From NCBI GenBank assembly GCA_963740315.1, contig CAVUDP010000001.1, positions 768,001 to 832,000 of the forward strand: a stretch of 64,000 bases of DNA. Reading direction: 5' to 3'. The translations under genes were made by a program, and so were the position numbers. This DNA is from an uncultured cyanobacterium. GTDB lineage: Bacteria > Cyanobacteriota > Cyanobacteriia > Cyanobacteriales > Nostocaceae. This document shows positions 41,185-50,663 of the stretch, one piece after another. Below the pieces are notes generated by a model. It saw only the letters and a program-made list of their open reading frames with translations, did no database searches and was not told where the DNA came from. Numbering within the stretch: position 1 is the stretch's first letter; every line of letters starts with the position of its first letter.

Positions 41185-41922
41185 CTATTCCCCAATTAAA
41201 TACGACTTAATCAACTCAGTCGTACTCACAAAACTCTCTTTGAAGTCAAGTATTTGCACCAACCCCGAAGCAACTAATTCCTTAGCACCCTCATCTGTAG
41301 TTTTCCCATCTATGGCAGCACTCAGCGCATCGGCTAATCTTCCACTACCAGCTACAGCCAGCACCTTTCTATTTGCTTTGTGGCTTTCCGATACATCTTT
41401 TCTGGAAATTTCTCCACCGTTAACTAAAACTGCTATAGATGGCGCTCCCTTGGCTATTACAGTAGCTACATTTGCTAACCAAGGTGATTCATCACCCCAG
41501 TCAGAGCCAGGAATAAACACAAAATGACTGTGATTTGGTTCCAATGCTGATACTTCTTCTGGTGGAGGTTGATTGGGAAGAGCTACTTTTCCTATTGGAG
41601 TTACACCAATTAAGGCAAATTGCGCCGATATCTGGGCACGAGCTTGCCCAATCATCTGCATCACACCAAAATCTGTACCACCATCCACAACAGAGGCACC
41701 TAGAGTTTCAATTACCGGAGCCAGCACATTGACAAATAGCGATCGCAAACGGTTTAAATCGGTTTCGCTCATTTTACCTGCACCACCCAAAATTACGAGG
41801 ATGGGGCGCGGATTGTCAAAACCTAGTTCCGACATAGCCGATAATAAGTCCTTTTGAGACTCAACTCGAATCGCAGATGCCGTTAGTCCATTTGACATGG
41901 CAAGCCTAAAGGGTTTTTCCAT
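41185..41922 (-). CDS. Stand-alone SLOG-domain protein of the TRPM/LSDAT type
   Basis: LVILGGAG, VVDGGTDFGVM, LIGVTP, LEPNHSHFVF, WGDES, LVNGG, GSGRLAD. Confidence 0.85.
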   Translation of the reverse strand: MEKPFRLAMSNGLTASAIRVESQKDLLSAMSELGFDNPRPILVILGGAGKMSETDLNRLRSLFVNVLAPVIETLGASVVDGGTDFGVMQMIGQARAQISAQFALIGVTPIGKVALPNQPPPEEVSALEPNHSHFVFIPGSDWGDESPWLANVATVIAKGAPSIAVLVNGGEISRKDVSESHKANRKVLAVAGSGRLADALSAAIDGKTTDEGAKELVASGLVQILDFKESFVSTTELIKSYLIGE

Positions 41923-41929
41923 GTGAGTG

Positions 41930-42058
41930 TAAGTAGGTTGGCGTTGAAAATTGTAATTAGGGTAAGGCTGTCGGCAGTAGGAATAAGGGTTTTAGGGTAA
42001 AAAACATTTTATTATATAGTTTGTTATATAGTTATATTTACTTGTGCCGACTTACTTA
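41930..42058. mobile_element. MITE-like element 7 bp upstream of the SLOG start
   Basis: Imperfect TIRs TAAGTAGGTTGGC / GCCGACTTACTTA. Confidence 0.55.
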
Positions 42059-42064
42059 TCAGTT

Positions 42065-42244
42065 TTAAATTATAGTATTGATTTATTATACACAGATGAG
42101 TTAGACGGAATACTCATCAAAAATGTATTTTCAACTAAAGCAATAGAAGCGGCAAGAAAACACGTTGAAAGCATATCATCTAAATTTGAACGGATAATCT
42201 ACGGAGAAAAGCTTGGTTTCTCTCTAATAGAAACAGGCATATGA
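42065..42244 (+). pseudogene. Short gene remnant (possibly an oxygenase N-terminus)
   Basis: LYTDELDGILIKNVFS..; no credible start, terminates early. Confidence 0.3.
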
Positions 42245-42369
42245 CTTAAATAAGTATTTCCAGAAAGCATCTTATTTTATATTGCAATTAAATCAAATTT
42301 TTTCTAATCAGTTTGAAGCAAGAATATTTAACATTTTCAATAATATTCATAGTTTAAAAAATATCAATC

Positions 42370-42691
42370 CGCACAAGCTAATCCATATCAGCAAGTACGT
42401 CACTATTGTAAAGACTATGAAAGCGTATTTGTAGCTGCGGAAACTCAGAATTTTTATGTCAGCATTTGCGGCAGCCATTCACCATATCATTATGTAGGTG
42501 TTAGTAAAAAAACTGGTAAAGCTATACGATTACCTTTAAATGTAGATGGAGTAGATTGACGAGGACAATATTTTGAAGCTGTTAATGGTAACTATACCTA
42601 TATCTTGGCTGATTCAACTGAAGGTAAAAACCTTAGTGTTTCTAGAGGTTATCGCGAACTTCTAAGCGAACCTGTTTTAAGAGGTTTTTAA
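42370..42691 (+). pseudogene. Remnant of a small secreted-type protein gene with internal stop
   Basis: ..HYCKDYESVFVAAETQNFYVSICG..IRLPLNVDGVD*RGQYFEAVNGNYTYIL..EPVLRGF*; TGA at 42557-42559. Confidence 0.65.
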
Positions 42692-42801
42692 ACTAAATAT
42701 CGTTTTACGTTCATTATTTATTTAAACCTAAATTAAAGGAGACGTTGCAGTGCAACGTCTCTACATTTTTTTTATATGATTAGCATTTTACCAATTACCT
42801 A

Positions 42802-43434
42802 TTACCCATTACCTTTCAACATCATTTTAATTTGATCGATTAAACTTGTACCACCCCAAATTATTGCTGCAAAAATTGAACCGACTAATATTGCTGCGAT
42901 CGCACAAATAGTTAAACCTCCCAAACTAATTGCACCGTCGTCTTCTAATAAGCCAAATCCAGTTACAAAAATGCCGATTGCTGGTAAAGTATTTGTTCCA
43001 GGAATGGGAATCATCATAAAGGTTGACATTAAGGCGATCGCAATTCCAATAATTATTTTACCTGGAATAGTAGTACAAATAAACGGTAAACGGGGACGAC
43101 TTACGGCTTCAATTTTTTGTAAGAAAGGAATTCCGGCTTTGACAAATTTTTGGGCTGTTTCAAGCTTAATCGGACGTTTTGCAAATTTTTCAGGCAACCA
43201 AGGCTCTTGACGACCTATAATTAATTGCACTGCTAGAAAAATCATTATAATTCCGAAAGGAATCGATATAACTGGTGCTGGAAGCGGTAAAGCTGAAGGT
43301 AAAGAAAGGATGACGAATAAAAATCCGAAAATTCTTTCCCCTGCTAATTCCAGAACATCTTCCAAAGTTATCGTAGTAGAAGTACGTTCTTCTTCAAAGA
43401 AAAAGCGGTTTAATTCTTTGGACAGTTTAGCCAT
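42802..43434 (-). CDS. exoD: Exopolysaccharide biosynthesis protein ExoD family
   Basis: GERIFGFL, LPSALPLP, PWLP, IPIPGTNTLP, EDDG. Confidence 0.88.
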   Translation of the reverse strand: MAKLSKELNRFFFEEERTSTTITLEDVLELAGERIFGFLFVILSLPSALPLPAPVISIPFGIIMIFLAVQLIIGRQEPWLPEKFAKRPIKLETAQKFVKAGIPFLQKIEAVSRPRLPFICTTIPGKIIIGIAIALMSTFMMIPIPGTNTLPAIGIFVTGFGLLEDDGAISLGGLTICAIAAILVGSIFAAIIWGGTSLIDQIKMMLKGNG

Positions 43435-43516
43435 AAGATTATTAAGAATACAGTTTTATCAAGCACAATATACAGTCTGAGAATTCACTATACCGGAAGC
43501 GCTGCCTGTTTTCATC

Positions 43517-44299
43517 ATGCGAAGATACTTAAAAGTTATTAGATTATTTTGGAGTGCTGCGATCGCTGCGGAATTGGAGTACCGAGTTAACTTTGCGATC
43601 GCGACTCTCAGCAGCGTGGGAAACCTTGCGGGTAGCTTGTTCAGCTTATTTTTGTTTTACCGTACTGGCTATACTTTCTCTGGATGGCAATGGGAAGCGG
43701 CTTTGATAGTCGTGGGAATTTACACTTTATTGCAAGGCTTTTCGGAAACTTTTCTGGCTCCTAACTTAAACCGCATCGTGCGTCACGTACAGGAAGGAAC
43801 CCTCGATTTTGTTTTACTAAAACCCATCCGCAGCCAATTTTGGCTTTCTTCCCACACCGTTTCACCTTGGGGAATCTCGGATTTAATTTTTGGCAGCATT
43901 ATAATTATTTACGCTGGTAATCGTCTCGGTTTGGGAATCGGCGATTATCTTGCTAGTGTTCCACCGCTGTTTTTTGGTTTAATAATCCTTTATAGCTTGT
44001 GGTTTATGTTAGGAGCTACAAGTATTTGGTTTGTCAAAATATATAACGTAACTGAAGTTTTGCGGGGATTAATTGAAGCTGGAAGATATCCAATGGTTGC
44101 TTATCCGGCGGCTTTTCGGTTGTTTTTTACTTTTGTAGTTCCGGTGGCTTTTTTAACTACCGTACCTGCCGAAGCGATGCTTGGTAGAAGTCAATTTGTA
44201 TGGGTAATAGGAGCGGGGATTTTAGCTTTAGGATTGTTTTTTGTTTCGTCGAGATTTTGGCGGTTTGCGTTGAGATATTATACTAGTGCTTCGAGTTAG
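43517..44299 (+). CDS. ABC-2 family permease (DUF990 type)
   Basis: ELEYRVNF, GTLDFVLLKP, GRYP, terminal RYYTSASS. Confidence 0.88.
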   Translation: MRRYLKVIRLFWSAAIAAELEYRVNFAIATLSSVGNLAGSLFSLFLFYRTGYTFSGWQWEAALIVVGIYTLLQGFSETFLAPNLNRIVRHVQEGTLDFVLLKPIRSQFWLSSHTVSPWGISDLIFGSIIIIYAGNRLGLGIGDYLASVPPLFFGLIILYSLWFMLGATSIWFVKIYNVTEVLRGLIEAGRYPMVAYPAAFRLFFTFVVPVAFLTTVPAEAMLGRSQFVWVIGAGILALGLFFVSSRFWRFALRYYTSASS

Positions 44300-44338
44300 G
44301 GTTTTGGAATAAACGCAGAGGGGCGCGGAGGGAAGATT

Positions 44339-44547
44339 GTAGGTTGGGTTAGACGGACGAAAATATTCAACATCAACGTAGAAAATTAAATTCCGTCGTA
44401 ACCCAACATTATGCTTGACTGATAATTAATATCTTAAAATCTACAACAAAATATTTATTATTTCCAAAACACTGATGTTGGGTTACGACGCTTTGAGGAA
44501 TTAATTGGTTCATTATTAAATTGTGTCGTGCGTCTAACCCAACCTAC
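44339..44547. repeat. REP doublet copy 4
   Basis: GTAGGTTGGGTTAGACGG..CCGTCGTAACCCAAC / GTTGGGTTACGACGC..GCGTCTAACCCAACCTAC. Confidence 0.88.
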
Positions 44548-44656
44548 GACTAGTGCTTTGAGTTAAAGTTTTGGATAATAATATGAAAATTTAACGCAGA
44601 GGGGCGCGGAGGGAAGCGCAGAGGTACGCTGAGTTTGAAGAAGAGGAAGAAAAATA

Positions 44657-44866
44657 ATGCGTTATGCAATTGTAATTGAAAAAGCAACCAATAATTACTC
44701 GGCTTATGTTCCAGATTTACCTGGGTGTGTTGCAACTGGTGTGACTATTCAAGAAGTGAATCAACAAATTAAAGAAGCAATTACGTTTCATTTGGAAGGC
44801 TTACGAGAGGAAGGTTTATCTGTTCCCCAACCCACTACTTTGTGTGAATATATAGAAGCTTTGTAA
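44657..44866 (+). CDS. HicB-like antitoxin (solo)
   Basis: YAIVIEK...YSAYVPDLPGCVATG.T..E....IKEAI.FHLEG; no hicA adjacent. Confidence 0.85.
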   Translation: MRYAIVIEKATNNYSAYVPDLPGCVATGVTIQEVNQQIKEAITFHLEGLREEGLSVPQPTTLCEYIEAL

Positions 44867-44916
44867 TATGTTTTTTAAAAAGCTGAATGCTGTTAATACC
44901 ATAGATAGAGAAACTA

Positions 44917-45366
44917 TCAGCAGTGGTCATTCCGAATACTGCGATCGGGCATAATGGTATTACAAAAGATAACTCTCTCTAGCCATGCATCTTCCATTTC
45001 GGCTCCAGTCAAATCAGTTCCAGTCAAGTTAGTTCCAATCATGTCGGTACTATTAAGATAAGCATTAACCATTTTGGCATTAGTCAAATCGGCTTCATTC
45101 AAGCTAGCATGACCAAAGCTAGCTCCAGTGAGATCGGCATCTCTTAGGTTTGCGCTATCAAGACAGCATTGCCCGCAACTAGCATTGCGGAGGTTTGCTC
45201 TACTCAAATTAACTCCCTCCAAATATTGCTCGCCTAAATCGGCATTACTCATATCAATATCACTCAAGTCAGCGTTAGTTAATTCGCCACCATATAGGTG
45301 AATCCTAGCGAAATTTCTCTCCCCCTTCTCATAACGCTCTAACAATTCTTGAACACTTATATCCAT
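44917..45366 (-). CDS. Pentapeptide repeat protein
   Basis: ELLERYEKGERNF; A(D/N)Lxx repeats; NTIMPD. Confidence 0.9.
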   Translation of the reverse strand: MDISVQELLERYEKGERNFARIHLYGGELTNADLSDIDMSNADLGEQYLEGVNLSRANLRNASCGQCCLDSANLRDADLTGASFGHASLNEADLTNAKMVNAYLNSTDMIGTNLTGTDLTGAEMEDAWLERVIFCNTIMPDRSIRNDHC

Positions 45367-45441
45367 CTGTATACCTCCAAAACAAGCTATTTCTCTCTAC
45401 CTCTTTCCTCTGCGCCCTCTGCGTCTAGTAAGGTTTTTTCT

Positions 45442-46623
45442 CTACTCCCTAACCCTCAAAAAACCATCAAAATCAAGAGAAAGATATTCCAAAACATCCT
45501 CAACATTATCTACAACAATATGCGCTACTCCGAAAAAAGGAGTAACTTCCGGATTACTAGGAAGATAATTTAGTAATTTATCCCCAAAACTATCGCAAAA
45601 AGATTTCTCATTAAACCAATATTTTCCAGGTTCATATTTTGCTGGAATATCCGCAAGCACAAATCCATAAACTTTAGAATTTGCATCATTTAACAAAGAA
45701 TCCCAATCTGGTGCTTTATCTCCAAAAAACAAATCGTAAGGATTAAAACCGAAAGCATATTCCGTAATATCTGGAAGCGCAACTTGTCCAAACCGTAACG
45801 GATTTAATTCTATTGGAAAAAGATTACCGTTACTAAATCTAAATTCAAAATGAAACGGAAAACGACGCATATCAAGCTTGTTTCCAATATGCTCCAACAC
45901 CTGCATCGTTTGCTCTATTGTTTCAGCTACCACTTTTGTAGATGTATAATACACCGTATCGCTAACATCTAAAGTTGATGCAAAAGGATGTTGATAAATC
46001 CCAGTTATTACCGTTTTACCGTTTGCATTCCAAAAACCATCGCAAGCAAATTCATCACCATCTAAAAATTCTTCTACAAGGAAAGAAGAATCATTTAACA
46101 TCGCAGGATTCATATGTTCTTTAGCAATATCAATATCTTTAAGAACTGAATCAACCGCTTTTACCCATTCATGTTGTCCCCGTACAATGCGAATTCCGAT
46201 AGAAGCAGTTCCCAAACTAGGTTTTAGTACAACAGTTTCAACTTCTTCAAGAAATCGAAAATCCCGCAGAGTCTCCCTTGTAAGCTCTACATAAAATAAT
46301 GGATATAGCTCTTTAACTAACTCGCGGAAAGTAGCTTTATTTTTGAAAGCATTAACTTGTTTTAAACGTTGCTGTGGTAGATTCTCAAGAATAAAAGAAA
46401 GACTTGCTTCCCAATTCATGATTACCACTGCATTTTTATCTTGAATCAAAGATGCAGCTTCTGTATTTTTAAGGATATTAATTGTTCCTGCTAAAGCTGA
46501 TGTTGGTAGCTGTGAATAAACAGAAATATCCCAACGTTGGATTGCATTTAATAATGAAGGAGAAATAATATGTCCCGAAATAAAGCAGCAATTTAATTTT
46601 GGTAGTTTGATGTTTTTGTTCAT
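45442..46623 (-). CDS. ATP-grasp domain protein
   Basis: KNKATFRE, VLKPSLG..SIG, LVEEFLDGDEF, PIELNPLRFG. Confidence 0.82.
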   Translation of the reverse strand: MNKNIKLPKLNCCFISGHIISPSLLNAIQRWDISVYSQLPTSALAGTINILKNTEAASLIQDKNAVVIMNWEASLSFILENLPQQRLKQVNAFKNKATFRELVKELYPLFYVELTRETLRDFRFLEEVETVVLKPSLGTASIGIRIVRGQHEWVKAVDSVLKDIDIAKEHMNPAMLNDSSFLVEEFLDGDEFACDGFWNANGKTVITGIYQHPFASTLDVSDTVYYTSTKVVAETIEQTMQVLEHIGNKLDMRRFPFHFEFRFSNGNLFPIELNPLRFGQVALPDITEYAFGFNPYDLFFGDKAPDWDSLLNDANSKVYGFVLADIPAKYEPGKYWFNEKSFCDSFGDKLLNYLPSNPEVTPFFGVAHIVVDNVEDVLEYLSLDFDGFLRVRE

Positions 46624-46667
46624 AAGTGTTTTTCCCTACACCCTGATAACTGTTCACTGTTCACTGT

Positions 46668-47324
46668 TCACTTATCCAACTTCAACAAAATATCAACCAA
46701 ATCCCCAGCATCTACTACATAAGCACCATTAATTTCGCTATTAAGAATATTTACACCACCCCTTGTAAAACAAAGTATTGCAGTTACCCACTTTACACTT
46801 TTTAACACCTTAACTTCTTTTGCTTGTCCTTTAACTTTATGAATTAAATCGCCTTCTCTAAAATCATGAATTTTTTTACCGTAACGTCTTCTTAAACGTC
46901 CGTTTTCATGTATTTTTGTCCCACCATGAGACTTAACGTCAACTACATACCAATTACCTTTAGGTGAGTGTAAAACTACATCTGCATCTCCCCATCTTTT
47001 AATTCTCAAATTATATTCTATCTTCCATCTTTGAAGTTCTAAAACATCTAATAAATCGGCTACATCAGTTTCGGCTTTTGCACCACGTCGAGCATCCAAA
47101 GCTCGTTTTTCAAAGTATTTCCCGCTACGGTACAAATAGTATGAGCCGCTTATACCTCCCAACAATAGTAAAATTGCTGCTGAAGAGGTAGAGAAAATAA
47201 TAAATAACCATACTGACGCTATAAAAACACCCGCAGCTAAGAAATAACGTATCATTGCCGATCGCTTTCGTTTCTTAGCTAGTTTACGGATATATTCCCC
47301 CGGTTTTTTCGTTTTTGTGGACAA
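46668..47324 (-). CDS. Membrane-anchored NERD nuclease-related protein
   Basis: Two TM helices, RGAKAE..V, GDADVV, VVDVKSH. Confidence 0.8.
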   Translation of the reverse strand: MSTKTKKPGEYIRKLAKKRKRSAMIRYFLAAGVFIASVWLFIIFSTSSAAILLLLGGISGSYYLYRSGKYFEKRALDARRGAKAETDVADLLDVLELQRWKIEYNLRIKRWGDADVVLHSPKGNWYVVDVKSHGGTKIHENGRLRRRYGKKIHDFREGDLIHKVKGQAKEVKVLKSVKWVTAILCFTRGGVNILNSEINGAYVVDAGDLVDILLKLDK

Positions 47325-47490
47325 TTTTTTAGTTTATATAATTTAAATATATTGAAAGTATATATTGCAATTAAGGTTTTTTGGTACCTTTCATATTCAA
47401 TTTTACAATAAAAAACGGCTACTACTTATTATTATCTATTCTTTGATTCCCCTTTCCTGTTTCCTATTCCCAGTTCTGAATTCCTATATT

Positions 47491-48092
47491 TTACCCCCAA
47501 ATTTTCTGCATATTAAGCACGAAGCCAGCTAAAACATCCTCTCCAGAAATAGTTTGAGGTAATTTTAATACTTCAACCTCTTTCCCCAAACGATAAATTT
47601 CTACTTCCTGTTTTTTCGATTTATCAACCAACCCAATCGACACCCATTTTCAATATATTCCCGCATCTTATTTTGAAGCTTTTTCAAATTGTCGGAGGGT
47701 GAGATTATTTCAATCACAAAATCGGGACAAAGAGGAATAAATTTCTCTTTTTGTTCTTTCGTTAAAGCATCCCAACGAGACTTTTCCACCCATGAAACAT
47801 CTGGCGTTAAGCAAAGCTCTACCGAAGGTAATCGCTCTGCACCTGATGGTAATGTAAATCCAGTTGATGAATCAAAAACTTCGCCAAGTTGCTTTTCTTC
47901 GTTCCATTTTGCGACTTGAAAAATTAGATTGACATTACTTCTTCCCGTTTCTCCTCCCGTTGGTGGCATAACAATTAATTCCCCTTGAGCATTACGTTCT
48001 AGTTTTAATTCGGGATTTGTTTCACACAGTTGATAAAACTGTTCTTGGGTAAGTTTGATTATCGGATTTAAATTTAATGTAAGTGATGTCAT
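47491..48092 (-). pseudogene. Uma2-family paralog with 24-bp insertion and 1-bp frameshift
   Basis: Near-identical to 48147-48725; lacks one C near 47617; the homologous 3' end continues to 47491 in another frame. Confidence 0.88.
47807..47830. mobile_element. 24-bp small dispersed repeat inserted in a HIP1 site
   Basis: GCG|TTAAGCAAAGCTCTACCGAAGGTA|ATCGC; absent from the paralog. Confidence 0.8.
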
Positions 48093-48146
48093 AATAGTTA
48101 TTCCTATCTTTGTTCTAGATCATCGCAGCGCATTTTACCAAATATT

Positions 48147-48725
48147 TTACCCCCAAATTTTCTGCATATTAAGCACAAATCCAGCTAAAACATCCTCTCC
48201 AGAAATAGTTTGAGGTAATTTTAATACTTCAACCTCTTTCCCCAAACGATAAATTTCTACTTCCTGTTTTTTCCGATTTATCAACCAACCCAATCGACAC
48301 CCATTTTCAATATATTCCCGCATCTTATTTTGAAGCTTTTTCAAATTGTCGGAGGGTGAGATTATTTCAATTACAAAATCGGGACAAAGGGGAATAAATT
48401 TTTCTTTTTGATCGTTCGTTAAAGCATCCCAACGAGACTTTTCCACCCAGGAAACATCTGGAGATCGATCTGCTCCTGATGGTAAAGTAAATCCAGTTGA
48501 TGAATCAAAAACTTCGCCGAGTTGATTTTCTTCGTTCCAAAACCATATTTGAGCGTTAATACTAGAGTTACTTCTTCCCGTTTCTCCTCCCGTTGGTGGC
48601 ATTACAATTAATTCCCCTTGAGCATTACGTTCTAATTTTAATTCCGGATTTGTTTCACATAGTTGATAAAACTGTTCTCTGGTAAGTTTGATTATCGGAT
48701 TTAAATTTAATGTAAGTGAAGTCAT
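48147..48725 (-). CDS. Uma2-family endonuclease-like protein
   Basis: MPPTGGETG, FDSSTGFTLP, RSPDVSW, CPDFVIEI.SPSD. Confidence 0.92.
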   Translation of the reverse strand: MTSLTLNLNPIIKLTREQFYQLCETNPELKLERNAQGELIVMPPTGGETGRSNSSINAQIWFWNEENQLGEVFDSSTGFTLPSGADRSPDVSWVEKSRWDALTNDQKEKFIPLCPDFVIEIISPSDNLKKLQNKMREYIENGCRLGWLINRKKQEVEIYRLGKEVEVLKLPQTISGEDVLAGFVLNMQKIWG

Positions 48726-48878
48726 ACAATTTTAGATTTTAGATTTTAAATTAATATTCATTCGTTATAGTAGTAATTCCCTACTCCCTACTCCCTTTTT
48801 TCTATTACCAATTACCAATTCCCCATGCCCATTCACGCGAAGCGTGCGGGCGTAGCCCAATGCCCAATGCCCTATTCC

Positions 48879-49352
48879 CTACGTATTAGCATAATCTAAA
48901 ACTCGTTCCCAACCCCAGCGCCAAGCAGTTTCTATAAACATTTCTTTACCGTTAATAAAAACGATGTATTCCTTACCGCTGTCATAAATAATGTCCGCAA
49001 CCAATTGATTGCGCTTATCGTATCCCCACATATTTGCTGCACCTTCCCACCATTTTTGCCCGCTCGATTTCAAAATAGGCTGATTTAGATATTCATCATG
49101 CCATTGCTTTGGTTTCCATTTTTCATTTAGCGATCGCACTAAAATAATACTCGCGTGAAATTCTTGTTTTTGTTCGTGCAACCATAATATATAGCTAATT
49201 GCTGCTCTTAAAGCATCTTCGAGTCCATCAAAACATCCTTCTAAGGCATCCCGTACATCAGCACGCGATAAATTTACACCTACCGTAACTAATGCTTTTT
49301 CGTACTTTTTAAATACTTCGTACTCTATCGAATCTTTATCGTATAACCACAC
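48879..49352 (-). CDS. Hypothetical protein (Trp-rich C-terminus)
   Basis: 157-aa ORF, divergent from the TA pair. Confidence 0.65.
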   Translation of the reverse strand: MWLYDKDSIEYEVFKKYEKALVTVGVNLSRADVRDALEGCFDGLEDALRAAISYILWLHEQKQEFHASIILVRSLNEKWKPKQWHDEYLNQPILKSSGQKWWEGAANMWGYDKRNQLVADIIYDSGKEYIVFINGKEMFIETAWRWGWERVLDYANT

Positions 49353-49511
49353 GCTTAATTACCCTTAAAAAAGTAACTCAATAAAATCAATTAATTTAAC
49401 ACAAATACATTACTTTTAACTTTACATCTACAGACTAATATAAGAAAATTTGCTACCATACCATCAAAAAAAGCTCAGCTTCGTTGCTTATTATTGATTT
49501 ATTTCAAGTAG

Positions 49512-49529
49512 TACGTATAATAATACGTA
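49512..49529 (+). promoter_or_regulatory. Putative TA operator: two TACGTA palindromes with 12-bp period
   Basis: TACGTA at 49512 and 49524, overlapping a TATAAT -10-like hexamer. Confidence 0.5.
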
Positions 49530-49591
49530 TTGATATATTATGACAGATAAATGTTTGATTATTGAGCATTTCTGTTTATGCTCCTATACAG

Positions 49592-50092
49592 ATGGATATA
49601 AAAACTGTGAATAACATTTACTCAGATGAATTAATTACAGCCACTGAGTTAAATCGACAACCCGGACGTATTTTGGATAAAGCATTAGAAAATCCAGTCA
49701 CCATTACTCGCAACGATCAGTCTTTCGCTTTACTACGGCGTGAAAATGTAGCGTTATTTGTGAAAGCTGCCCAACGTAGTAAAGAAATTGTAGAACTTTT
49801 AAATACTGCTTTCCGTTTATTACTAAAGCAAAAAATTGGAAACGAGCATCCTTATAGTTGGTTGAGAGTATTTGATTCAGATGAATTGAATGAGTTTATT
49901 GATGAGGTAATATCAGCGTATCGTGTAGTTGATTTATCTGAAAAAGCTTGGGATGAGCTAGATGCAATAATTCATGAATGGCATGAGAGCGCTTTGGCAA
50001 TATCTAATCCCCAATTAGAAGCAGCTTTTAGTCAGAATGACGAGGTTGAGGAAATAGTTTTGTCCAAACCTGAGAGTGAAAATGCTGCTTGA
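49592..50092 (+). CDS. Phd/YefM-like antitoxin with helical C-terminal extension
   Basis: ITATELNRQPGRILDKA..PVTITRN; acidic C-terminus. Confidence 0.7.
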   Translation: MDIKTVNNIYSDELITATELNRQPGRILDKALENPVTITRNDQSFALLRRENVALFVKAAQRSKEIVELLNTAFRLLLKQKIGNEHPYSWLRVFDSDELNEFIDEVISAYRVVDLSEKAWDELDAIIHEWHESALAISNPQLEAAFSQNDEVEEIVLSKPESENAA

Positions 50093-50100
50093 GCGTTGAT

Positions 50101-50487
50101 ATGTCAGAAAATACTCCAGAAGAAAATACAGAGAATATTGAGCCACCATTCGTAAAGCTAACGGCTCCTGACTTATCCGAGACATCTGAAATATCCGAAT
50201 CCGAAATCTGGTTAGTGGTAGCCAAAAATCGTCGTGTCAATCGAGATTGGGAAGCGTTAATGCAGCGACACCCGGAGAATTCTAGCCGTTGTTATCATAA
50301 TTTATGTACGGCACCTACAACAAGACAACCAGGACGTATTTTTCCATTAAAAGGCAAGAAATATAAAGGGGTATGGGAATATGAGGTTAGTAAAGGTGAC
50401 AGAGTATTTTATATTCCCGATGAAAAGCAATTAAAAGTAGTTGTTTTTTATGCCGGAAAACATATTCAACCCGCACCAACACCTTAA
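50101..50487 (+). CDS. Putative RelE/ParE-fold toxin
   Basis: PLKG....VWEYEV..GDRVFY......VVV..AG.H; immediately downstream of the antitoxin. Confidence 0.65.
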   Translation: MSENTPEENTENIEPPFVKLTAPDLSETSEISESEIWLVVAKNRRVNRDWEALMQRHPENSSRCYHNLCTAPTTRQPGRIFPLKGKKYKGVWEYEVSKGDRVFYIPDEKQLKVVVFYAGKHIQPAPTP

Positions 50488-50663
50488 ATTACATTAGGTA
50501 ATTTCGTGCAATGTGGTAGAAGATTTAAAAACTACTTTGACAGAATTAAAACACCATTTTATTTTACAAAAATTCCGATACAGATTACTTCAACATTTTC
50601 GTCAAAACCCCAATTTCGGGTAAAATCAAATTCTATATAAACTGCAAACGGGAGAAAACAGGG

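Noticed and set aside
42557..42559. In-frame TGA as possible selenocysteine or readthrough
   Set aside because: The gene also lacks a credible 5' end and lies among remnants; a nonsense mutation is simpler
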